Below, one piece after another: positions 1 to 7,037 of a stretch of 37,597 nucleotides of DNA (its first letter is position 1; each line of letters begins with the position of its first letter). The translations under genes and the position numbers were made by a program. The notes beneath the pieces are model-generated. The model saw only the letters and a program-made list of their open reading frames with translations. It ran no database searches and was not told the origin of the DNA. Origin of the DNA: Candidatus Limnocylindrales bacterium (GTDB lineage Bacteria > Chloroflexota > Limnocylindria > Limnocylindrales > CSP1-4); assembly GCA_038322255.1 (NCBI GenBank), contig JBBQFS010000002.1, positions 1 through 37,597 on the forward strand, written 5' to 3'.

Positions 1-969
1 CGGGCCGATGCCGCGGCGGGCGTGGCCGTTGTAGATCGAGATCTCGGAATCGCTCAGCCCGCGGCCATACTGCCCGGCGGCGCCCGGCCCGGGCGGGATG
101 AGGTTGATCCGGACGATAACCTCGCGCGTCGTGCGGTCGCCGGCTCGAGTCGGGTACGTGACGTCACGGCGTAGCCGGAACTCCTCGGGCTTGCCGGTCT
201 CGGGCGGCGTCGCCTTGAACCCGCGATCGGCCAGCCAGGTGCGCGCCTCGGTGAGCATCTGCTTGTGCGCCCCGTTCTCGTCGAAGCCGACCGCGAGAGT
301 GACGTCGAGGTAGCCGTCAGCGAACAGCCGCTCGTAGTCGAAGTAGTGCTCCTCGACCTTGCCCGCCCTGGGCGCCGTCCGATCGAGCTCGCCGAGGGCG
401 CGCGCCGAGAGCTTGTCCCCCGGGATCGAGCGGCGCGACCGGAACAAGCTGATCGCTGTCTGGGTCTCGCTGCCGTAGTCGCCGTCGCGCTCGTGCTGGA
501 CAAGCTCGAAGCCGAGGTCGATCAGCGCCTGCTGCACGGCCTTCACCGGCCCGCCGTTGTCCCGCGGCGAGAGGGTGCCCTCGCCCTTCGCGATGCGCTC
601 GAGCCGCGGCTCGCCGACGAAGCGCGGATTCGACAGCGTGACCGGCTCCTGCTCGGTGGCGTAGGGGTTGGCGGCGAGCTCCGACTGCGCGCCGCCGCCC
701 GGCGTGGTGATCGCGTATGGGTTCGGCGCCACGTCCCATTCGCTGGGGGCCGGCCCTTGTCGCTGGACGCTGTGGTGCGCGACGTGGCTCATCGCGAGGT
801 TTCCGGCGGTCCGCTGGACACCCATCGCGTAACGCTGGCGCGCGGCGCCATCCATGAGCGCGACCGGCAGCGCGGCGTCGAAGTCGTCGGCGGTGCGCGA
901 CCGGGTCAAGGCTCGCTGTCGAATGGCCGCCGGCTGGCGGCGGGCAAGCGTCGTCCCCGCGATCTCCAT
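1..969 (-). CDS. Peptidoglycan-binding-domain protein, partial (C-terminus lies beyond the left window edge)
   Basis: Not in the supplied ORF track because it has no stop inside the window. Hand check: plus-strand frame-1 triplets from 1 to 969 contain no tta/cta/tca. The ATG (cat 967-969) is the first start after an in-frame stop at 979-981. 323 codons with G/C-rich third positions. Translation MEIAGTTLARRQPAAIRQRAL...GPVKAVQQALIDLGFELVQHERDGDYGSETQTAISLFRSRR fits the PG_binding_1 pattern. Listed ORFs 265..1221(+) and 54..503(-) look like Arg-rich out-of-frame artefacts. Confidence 0.6.
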   Translation of the reverse strand, partial: MEIAGTTLARRQPAAIRQRALTRSRTADDFDAALPVALMDGAARQRYAMGVQRTAGNLAMSHVAHHSVQRQGPAPSEWDVAPNPYAITTPGGGAQSELAANPYATEQEPVTLSNPRFVGEPRLERIAKGEGTLSPRDNGGPVKAVQQALIDLGFELVQHERDGDYGSETQTAISLFRSRRSIPGDKLSARALGELDRTAPRAGKVEEHYFDYERLFADGYLDVTLAVGFDENGAHKQMLTEARTWLADRGFKATPPETGKPEEFRLRRDVTYPTRAGDRTTREVIVRINLIPPGPGAAGQYGRGLSDSEISIYNGHARRGIGP

Positions 970-1040
970 CCTGGAACCGTCTCAGGCCGTTCGGGCAGGG
1001 TCAAGGTCCGTTCGGGCAGAGATGCCCGGACGGCTCGGGG

Positions 1041-1796
1041 TCAATCCCAGCGGAAGGTACGCACCGTCAGGCCGGTCGCGAGGGCGGCCCAGACCAGAAG
1101 GATCGCGACGGAGCGCGTCGCGTCGAGGCCCGCGCCCATGCCGAGCGCGATTCGCAACAGGTCCGCGAGGGCGGTCGCCGGCAACACGGCCGCGAGCGGC
1201 TGCAGGAAGCCCGGGAGATGATCCACGGGCAGGACGATCCCGCCGAGCATGAGGAAGGCGAGGAACAGGCCGTTGGCGAGGGCCAGGGTCGCCTCGGCGC
1301 GCAGGGTGCCGGCGAGCAGCAGGCCGAGCCCGGTGAACGCGAGCGTGCCGAGGAAGATCGCAACTACGAGGAGGACCGGCGACCAGCCGGCGCCCGGGTG
1401 CCAGCCGAGCGCGACCGTCGCCACGCCCACCAGGAGCGCGACCTGGAGCACCTCGAGGACCAGGATGGCCGCGACCTTCGCCGCCACGAGCCCCCACCGC
1501 GGCAGCGGGGCGCCACCGAGCCGCTTCAGGACGCCGTAGGACCGCTCGAACGCCGTCGCGATCCCGAGGTTGACGAGCCCGCTCGCGATGAGCGCAAGGG
1601 CAATTGCCCCGGGCAGGAGGAAGTCGACCGGGCGGCCGCCGAGGTCGGGCACGAGCGACGTGCCGGCAAAGAAGAGCAGCACCGCGACGGGGATGACGAG
1701 GGTGACAAGCACGTTCTCGCCTCGGCGGGCGGTGAGGCGGAGCTCCAGGGCGGCGAGCGCCGAGACGGCCCGGAGCGCCGATGCGGGCCGGCTCAC
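1041..1796 (-). CDS. ABC-2 type transporter permease
   Basis: ORF 1041..1904; multi-TM sequence typical of ABC-2 permeases (...FERSYGVLKRLGGAPLPRWGLVAAKV...). Start placed at GTG 1796 (VSRPASALRAV...), which forms a GTGA overlap with the upstream ATPase stop (1793-1795). The 36 codons upstream are Arg-rich and overlap the ATPase. Confidence 0.8.
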   Translation of the reverse strand: MSRPASALRAVSALAALELRLTARRGENVLVTLVIPVAVLLFFAGTSLVPDLGGRPVDFLLPGAIALALIASGLVNLGIATAFERSYGVLKRLGGAPLPRWGLVAAKVAAILVLEVLQVALLVGVATVALGWHPGAGWSPVLLVVAIFLGTLAFTGLGLLLAGTLRAEATLALANGLFLAFLMLGGIVLPVDHLPGFLQPLAAVLPATALADLLRIALGMGAGLDATRSVAILLVWAALATGLTVRTFRWD

Positions 1797-2791
1797 TCGA
1801 CGGCCTCGACGTCGCGGTCGCCGGTGAGCTCGAGGTAGCGCTCCTCGAGCGACGCAGCGCCCGCCCGCAGCTCTACGATCAGCAGGCCTTCGCGCGCGGC
1901 CCACTTCGCGATCTCGGCGACGATGTCGGCCGAGGCGGCACCAGGGGCGATCTCGAATTCGGTGGCTTCCTCGTCGCCCGCCTTGTGATCCGCCACGTCA
2001 TGCGAGGCCAGGGCTCGCCCGCCGGGCGCGGGCCGGAGGCGCGATGCGCTGTCGAGGGCGGCGATCCGGCGGCTCAGCCACTCGATGGCCGTTCGCGATG
2101 GGGCGGCATGGAGGCGGAACCGCACGGCGACCGAGCTGCCCCGGAGGATCGCCTCGGGCGCGTCGTCCACCACGATCCGCCCGCCGCTCAGGATCGCGAC
2201 TCGATCCGCGAGCCGCTCGACGTCGCCGAGGTCATGCGTCGTCATCAGGATCGTCCGCCCCTCGTCGCGCAGGTCGCCGACGAGCTCGCGGGTCGTCCTT
2301 CGCGCCTCGGGGTCCATGCCCGCCGTCGGCTCGTCGAGGATGAGGACCTCGGGGTCGCCGGCCAGGGAGATGGCCAGCGCCAGGCGCTGGCGCTCGCCCC
2401 CTGACAGGCGTCGGACGCGCGCCGCGGCAACGCTCGTGAGCCCGACCTGCTCGAGCAGCTCGTCGGGGCTCCGACCGCCGTCGTGGAGCGCCGTGTACAG
2501 GCGGACCAGGTCGCGCGGCGTTGCCCGCGGTTCGAGCCCGGCGCCGCCCTGGAGCATCAGCCCGACGCGCGCCCGCAGCGCCGGTCCGCCGTGCCGGGGG
2601 TCGATCCCGAGCACTCGCGCCGTGCCCGAATCCGCCTTCCGATAGCCCTCGATGATCTCGACCGTCGTCGTCTTGCCGGCCCCGTTCGGGCCGAGCAGCG
2701 CGACGAGCTCGCCCGGCCGGACGACGAGATCGACGCCGTCGAGAACGGTCCGGCCCGCATAGGCCTTGCGCAGGCCGGCGACCTCGATCAC
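1793..2791 (-). CDS. ABC transporter ATP-binding protein (ABC-2/DrrA-like exporter ATPase with C-terminal extension)
   Basis: ORF 1793..2959. Walker A GPNGAGKTT, signature LSGGERQRLALA, Walker B VLILDEPTAGMD, H-loop TTHD. Start placed at GTG 2791 (VIEVAGLRKAY), giving a GTGA overlap with the TlpA-like stop (2788-2790). Confidence 0.9.
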   Translation of the reverse strand: MIEVAGLRKAYAGRTVLDGVDLVVRPGELVALLGPNGAGKTTTVEIIEGYRKADSGTARVLGIDPRHGGPALRARVGLMLQGGAGLEPRATPRDLVRLYTALHDGGRSPDELLEQVGLTSVAAARVRRLSGGERQRLALAISLAGDPEVLILDEPTAGMDPEARRTTRELVGDLRDEGRTILMTTHDLGDVERLADRVAILSGGRIVVDDAPEAILRGSSVAVRFRLHAAPSRTAIEWLSRRIAALDSASRLRPAPGGRALASHDVADHKAGDEEATEFEIAPGAASADIVAEIAKWAAREGLLIVELRAGAASLEERYLELTGDRDVEAVE

Positions 2792-3294
2792 GGGGCGCCG
2801 GAAATCAGCGCGTACTGCCGCTCGAACTCCGCGTCGGTCAGCTGGCCGACCTGGATCGATCGCAGGATTCCGTCGCGATCGATGAAGTACGTCTGTGGCC
2901 GCGCCGCGACCCGGTAGGCGGTGCGAATCCCGCCGGAGGGGTCGTCGACGGTGGGCCACGATGCGCCGTACGCGGCGATGAAGTCCCGCGCCGGCGCGGG
3001 CGAGTCGAAGGTGAGCACGCCGAGAATTGCCAGCCCGTCGGCCGCGTGCTGCGCCAGCCTGGCCTTGAAGAGCGGGAACTCATCGCGGCACGGCACGCAG
3101 CTCGGGCCCCAGAAGTTCACGATCACCGGCCGGCCCCGGAGGGACGCCAGGTCGAAGGCCGATCCGTCGAGCGTGGTTCCGATGACGGCCGGAGCGGGCT
3201 TTCCCCGGGCGATCGAGCCGGAGTCGGACGCCGCCGGCGCATCGAGGCCCGAGCGGATCATTACCAGGGCCAAGGTCGCGATCGCCGCAGCCAC
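2788..3294 (-). CDS. TlpA/ResA-like membrane-anchored thiol:disulfide oxidoreductase (thioredoxin fold)
   Basis: 168-aa ORF with an N-terminal hydrophobic anchor (AAAIATLALVMI) and the CxxC motif in the context VIVNFWGPSCVPCRDEFP, typical of the TlpA/ResA family. GTG start. Confidence 0.85.
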   Translation of the reverse strand: MAAAIATLALVMIRSGLDAPAASDSGSIARGKPAPAVIGTTLDGSAFDLASLRGRPVIVNFWGPSCVPCRDEFPLFKARLAQHAADGLAILGVLTFDSPAPARDFIAAYGASWPTVDDPSGGIRTAYRVAARPQTYFIDRDGILRSIQVGQLTDAEFERQYALISGAP

Positions 3295-3353
3295 GAGCCC
3301 GACGAGGACGGGCCGGCGCTGCCGGTCCAGCTTGAGCGCCGTGACCCGCCCGC

Positions 3354-4451
3354 CTACTTGACCGTCAGGGTCCCGGTCATCGCGTCGATGGGATGGATCG
3401 AGCAGATGAACACGTAGTCGCCGGGCTGGAGCGCGTCGTACTGGTAGGTCTGCGTCGTGCCGCCGGGCGTCGGCTGCTGGTCCTTGATCGTCGTCCCGTC
3501 CTTCGAACGGATTTCGATGTCATGCGTGGTCGTCGGTGGGTCCTCGTTGTGGAAGACGATTGTGAATGGTTGGCCGGCGGTCACTTCGAGCGCCTTCTTG
3601 TCGAAGGCAATGGTCTTGGCGACGATCTCCAGGCCTCCGGCGGGCGGACCGACGCCGCTCGGCAGCGCGCCCGAGGCACCCGGCGAGGCCCCGGGGCCGC
3701 CGGCGGTGGCGGGCGAGGCCGGCGGGAAGATGCCGACCTGCGACAGCACCACGAGGGCGAACAGGACGGCGAACGACTGGAGGGTCCGCGCCGGCAGGCG
3801 CCGAACGGGGATGTTTTCGAGGTGCCCGGTCCGGTCGGCTTCCTCGACCTTGCGGTACTCGGCCGTGAAGTCCAGCAGCCAGCCGAGCAACGTCCAGACG
3901 AGGAAGATCACGGCGAGCACCAGCACCCAGCCGCCGGCGACAAGTCCACCCAGGAGCGCGGCCGAGCCGAGTGCGCCGAGGAGCGGTCGTGTCGACGGCC
4001 CGGGCATGTGGACGCCCGGCGGCGGTCCGGGGTGGACGATCGCCGGCAAGGATCGGCTCGGCTCGATGCGGTCGTAGTCGCGGAGCGCCTCGCGGAACCA
4101 GGCGAGCAGGGTGACGACCAGCACCGCAACGCCGACCCACAGCAGCAAGCCGCCGGCGACGAGGCCGAGGAACAGCGCACCGGCGCCCAGCGCGACGAGA
4201 ATCGGCGCAGACGAGCCGCCGGGCATGTGGACGCTGGCGGGCGTGACCGGCTGGATGCGCGCCGGGGCCCGGCGAGTTGGACCGAGCGTCGCCCACTTCC
4301 GGACCGTCAGCAGGAACCAGGCGAGGAAGAGCAGGGCCAAGCCGATCGGGATGAGGCCGAGGAGCGCATTCCAGTTGGGCGTGATGAAGATCCCCGCCAC
4401 GTTCAGGAGCGTGTCCATGAGGGTCATCGGGGACGGGGATGGAGAGGGCAC
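3354..4451 (-). CDS. Six-TM membrane protein: duplicated subunit-IV (CtaF)-like module fused to a C-terminal type-1 copper cupredoxin domain
   Basis: 365-aa ORF. Two repeated modules each contain VHMPG(G/P)S followed by two TM helices. A Pro/Gly/Ala linker follows, then a ~94-aa domain with the candidate T1Cu ligand set: His in TTTHD, then C-S-I-H-P-x4-M (YVFICSIHPIDAMTG). GTG start at 4451, 16 nt after the upstream stop. Confidence 0.8.
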   Translation of the reverse strand: MPSPSPSPMTLMDTLLNVAGIFITPNWNALLGLIPIGLALLFLAWFLLTVRKWATLGPTRRAPARIQPVTPASVHMPGGSSAPILVALGAGALFLGLVAGGLLLWVGVAVLVVTLLAWFREALRDYDRIEPSRSLPAIVHPGPPPGVHMPGPSTRPLLGALGSAALLGGLVAGGWVLVLAVIFLVWTLLGWLLDFTAEYRKVEEADRTGHLENIPVRRLPARTLQSFAVLFALVVLSQVGIFPPASPATAGGPGASPGASGALPSGVGPPAGGLEIVAKTIAFDKKALEVTAGQPFTIVFHNEDPPTTTHDIEIRSKDGTTIKDQQPTPGGTTQTYQYDALQPGDYVFICSIHPIDAMTGTLTVK

Positions 4452-4467
4452 GATCGCGAGGGGGGCG

Positions 4468-4653
4468 CTATTCGCCGGACTCGGTGTGCAGGACGAAGAA
4501 CATGATCCCGAGGGCCGCGCCGAGCGCGATGAGCATGGTCACGCCGGCGAACTCGATCCGATAGCCGAAGACGGGCGCGAGGGCGCCATAGAGGAGGCCC
4601 GTGACCACGCAGGCGACGGCGATGATGATCGCGTTGCGGTGACGACCGGTCAT
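4468..4653 (-). CDS. Small 2-TM protein resembling the N-terminal half of actinobacterial cytochrome oxidase subunit IV (CtaF)
   Basis: 61-aa ORF between ctaE and the cupredoxin membrane protein. Two hydrophobic helices (IIIAVACVVTGLLYGAL, AGVTMLIALGAALGIMFFVL). From memory, the VVTxLLYGxL...ExAGxTxLxL pattern resembles the CtaF N-terminus. Position in the operon supports a small oxidase subunit. Confidence 0.6.
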   Translation of the reverse strand: MTGRHRNAIIIAVACVVTGLLYGALAPVFGYRIEFAGVTMLIALGAALGIMFFVLHTESGE

Positions 4654-4664
4654 CGGATCCCTCG

Positions 4665-5309
4665 CTACAGCAGGTACAGGATCGAGAACAGCAGGATCCA
4701 GACGACGTCGACGAAGTGCCAGTAGAGCGACACGGCCTCGATGGCGTCATGGTGGCGGGCCGAGAACTGGCCGGCCATGCCGCGGTAGAGCAGCACGCCG
4801 AGCATGAGCACGCCACCGAAGACGTGCGCGCCGTGGAACCCGGTGAGCGTGAAATAGGTCGTCCCGAACGGGCCCGACCCGAGGGTCATGCCCTCACCGA
4901 ACAGGAGCGTGTAGTCGAAGGCCTGCATGATCAGGAAGACGATCCCGAGCACGAACGTGACCGCGATGTTCCGATTGAAACCGCGGCGGTCGCCCCGCCG
5001 GATGGACCACACCGCGAACTGGCAGGTGAACGAGCTCGTGATCAGGATGATCGTCGCGATGATGATCGGCCCGAGCGGGTCGAGGATGTCCGCGAAGACG
5101 TCGGGCGGCCAGGGTTGGTTCGCGGCGCGGGTCGCGAAGTAGGCCGCGAACAGGCCTGAGAAGAACATCACCTCCGAGGTGATGAACAGGATCATCCCCA
5201 GGATCGGGTTGCTGATGCCCCGCTGGGCGTGGCCGCTCGCCGCGGCGTGCGGGTCGGCGTGGGCCACCCCGCCCGAGCCCGAGGCGATCGCCGGCGCTTC
5301 GGCCGTCAC
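4665..5309 (-). CDS. ctaE: Cytochrome c oxidase subunit III
   Basis: 214-aa ORF with hallmark motifs ILFITSEVMFFSGLFAAYF, TGFHGAHVFGGVLML and SLYWHFVDVVWILLF. GTG start 5309 overlaps the ctaD stop (GTGA). Confidence 0.95.
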   Translation of the reverse strand: MTAEAPAIASGSGGVAHADPHAAASGHAQRGISNPILGMILFITSEVMFFSGLFAAYFATRAANQPWPPDVFADILDPLGPIIIATIILITSSFTCQFAVWSIRRGDRRGFNRNIAVTFVLGIVFLIMQAFDYTLLFGEGMTLGSGPFGTTYFTLTGFHGAHVFGGVLMLGVLLYRGMAGQFSARHHDAIEAVSLYWHFVDVVWILLFSILYLL

Positions 5310-7024
5310 GCGGCGTCCCCCGGTCCCTGGTCGTCGTGGTCACCCTCTTCGAGCAGCTTGGGTGCCTCTTCGTCGCCCGGGCCACCGTGTCCGCCGTGGG
5401 CGGCGAGCCCATGGCGCGCGTCGAACAGCGGCCGCTCCGATCGGATCTCCGGCAGCCGATCGAAGTTGTAGGGCGGTGGCGGCGACGAGGTCGCCCATTC
5501 GAGCGTGTTGCCCTCCCACGGATCGTCGCCGGCGATCTTGCCGTTGCGCAGCGAGATGAAGACATTCCAGATGAAGGGCAGGATCGAGGCCGCGATCAGG
5601 AAGCCGCCGATCGTCGCCGCGAGGTTCCAGTCGTTCCAGCCGGCATCCGATGCGTAGTCGGCGATCCGACGGGGCATGCCCTTGATGCCGAGCATGTGCA
5701 TCGGGAAGAAGGTCAGGTTGAAGCCGATGAACATGAGCACGAAGTGGATCTTGCCGAGGCCCTCGTCCAGCATCCGCCCGGTCATCTTCGGGAACCAGTA
5801 GTAGATCCCCGCGAACATCCCGAAGACCGAGCCACCAAAGAGGACGTAGTGCAGGTGGGCCACGACCCAGTAGGTGTCCTGGAGCGCGAAATCGATCGGG
5901 ACCGAGGCGCTGAAGGCGCCGTTGATGCCGCCGATCAGGAACATCGTAAGGAACCCGACCGAGAAGATCAGCGGCGTCGACAGCGTCAGCTGGCCGCGGA
6001 ACAGCGTGAAGACCCAGTTGAACATCTTCACGCCGGTCGGCACGGCGATCAGGAACGTCATCAGGCTGAAGAAGGGCAGGAACACCGCGCCCGTCGTGAA
6101 CATGTGGTGGGCCCAGACGGAGAACCCGAGCGCGCCGATACCCGCCGTCGCGAAGATGAAGGCCTTGTAGCCGAAGAGCGGCTTGCGGCTGAAGACCGGC
6201 AGGACCTCGCTGATCACGCCCATGGCCGGCAGGACCATGACGTACACCGCCGGGTGCGAGTAGAACCAGAAGATGTTCTGGTAGAGGATCGCCTGGCCGC
6301 CCTTGTCGGGCAGGAAGAACGAGCCACCGTAGTTGCGATCGATGAAGAGCATGACCAGGGCGCTGGTGATCACCGGGGTGGCCATGACCACGAGGACGCT
6401 CGTCACGAGGATCGTCCAGACCATGATCGGCATCCGGAACAGGGTCATGCCGGGGGCGCGCATCTTGAAGATCGTCACCAGGAAGTTGATCCCGCCCAGG
6501 ATCGAGCTCGTGCCGATGAGGATCAGCGCGACGATCCAGAGGTCCTGACCGGGACCCGGTGACGACAGTGGACCCCGCTCCGTGAGCGGCGGATAGCTCG
6601 TCCAGCCCGCCGCGGCGGCGCCACCGGGGGTCAGGAACCCCAGGAGCAGCAGCATCCCGCCAAGCGGCAGCATCCAGAACGACAGGGCATTCACCCGCGG
6701 GAACGCCATGTCCGGCGCGCCGATCATCAGTGGCACCGCGAAGTTCCCGAGGCCCGCGAGCATCGGGATGATGAACAGGAAGATCATCACGGTCGCGTGG
6801 ATCGAGAACGACTCGTTGTAGACGTGCTCGTTCTGGAAGATCTGGATTCCCGGCGCCGCCAGCTCGGTCCTGACCAGCAGCGCGAAGACGCCGCCGATGA
6901 GGAAGAACAGGAACGAGTTGATGACGTACATGATCCCGATCTTCTTGTGGTCGGTCGTCGTCAACCACTCGTAGATGCCACCCCGGTAGGCCGGGATGGC
7001 GGGGCTCAGCGCGTGCGTCGCCAT
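5306..7024 (-). CDS. ctaD: Cytochrome c oxidase subunit I (heme-copper oxidase, aa3 type)
   Basis: 572-aa ORF. WLTTTDHKKIGIMY, 12-TM pattern, GGINF, WAHHMFT, HFHYV-like LHYVLFGG and PRRI motifs typical of A-family subunit I. Confidence 0.97.
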   Translation of the reverse strand: MATHALSPAIPAYRGGIYEWLTTTDHKKIGIMYVINSFLFFLIGGVFALLVRTELAAPGIQIFQNEHVYNESFSIHATVMIFLFIIPMLAGLGNFAVPLMIGAPDMAFPRVNALSFWMLPLGGMLLLLGFLTPGGAAAAGWTSYPPLTERGPLSSPGPGQDLWIVALILIGTSSILGGINFLVTIFKMRAPGMTLFRMPIMVWTILVTSVLVVMATPVITSALVMLFIDRNYGGSFFLPDKGGQAILYQNIFWFYSHPAVYVMVLPAMGVISEVLPVFSRKPLFGYKAFIFATAGIGALGFSVWAHHMFTTGAVFLPFFSLMTFLIAVPTGVKMFNWVFTLFRGQLTLSTPLIFSVGFLTMFLIGGINGAFSASVPIDFALQDTYWVVAHLHYVLFGGSVFGMFAGIYYWFPKMTGRMLDEGLGKIHFVLMFIGFNLTFFPMHMLGIKGMPRRIADYASDAGWNDWNLAATIGGFLIAASILPFIWNVFISLRNGKIAGDDPWEGNTLEWATSSPPPPYNFDRLPEIRSERPLFDARHGLAAHGGHGGPGDEEAPKLLEEGDHDDQGPGDAA

Positions 7025-7037
7025 GCTCGCTGGCTCC

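Noticed and set aside
780-830. HExxH-type DUF4157 metallopeptidase in the left-edge protein (LAMSHVAHHSVQRQ)
   Set aside because: There is no actual HExxH motif and the similarity is limited to a few residues. It is kept only as a weak remark on the N-terminal leader style.
265-1221. Listed ORFs 265..1221(+), 54..503(-) and 317..739(-) at the left edge
   Set aside because: They are Arg/Ala/Gly-rich low-complexity translations. The unlisted minus-strand frame ending at position 1 has a recognisable PG-binding motif and the expected G/C-rich third-position bias.
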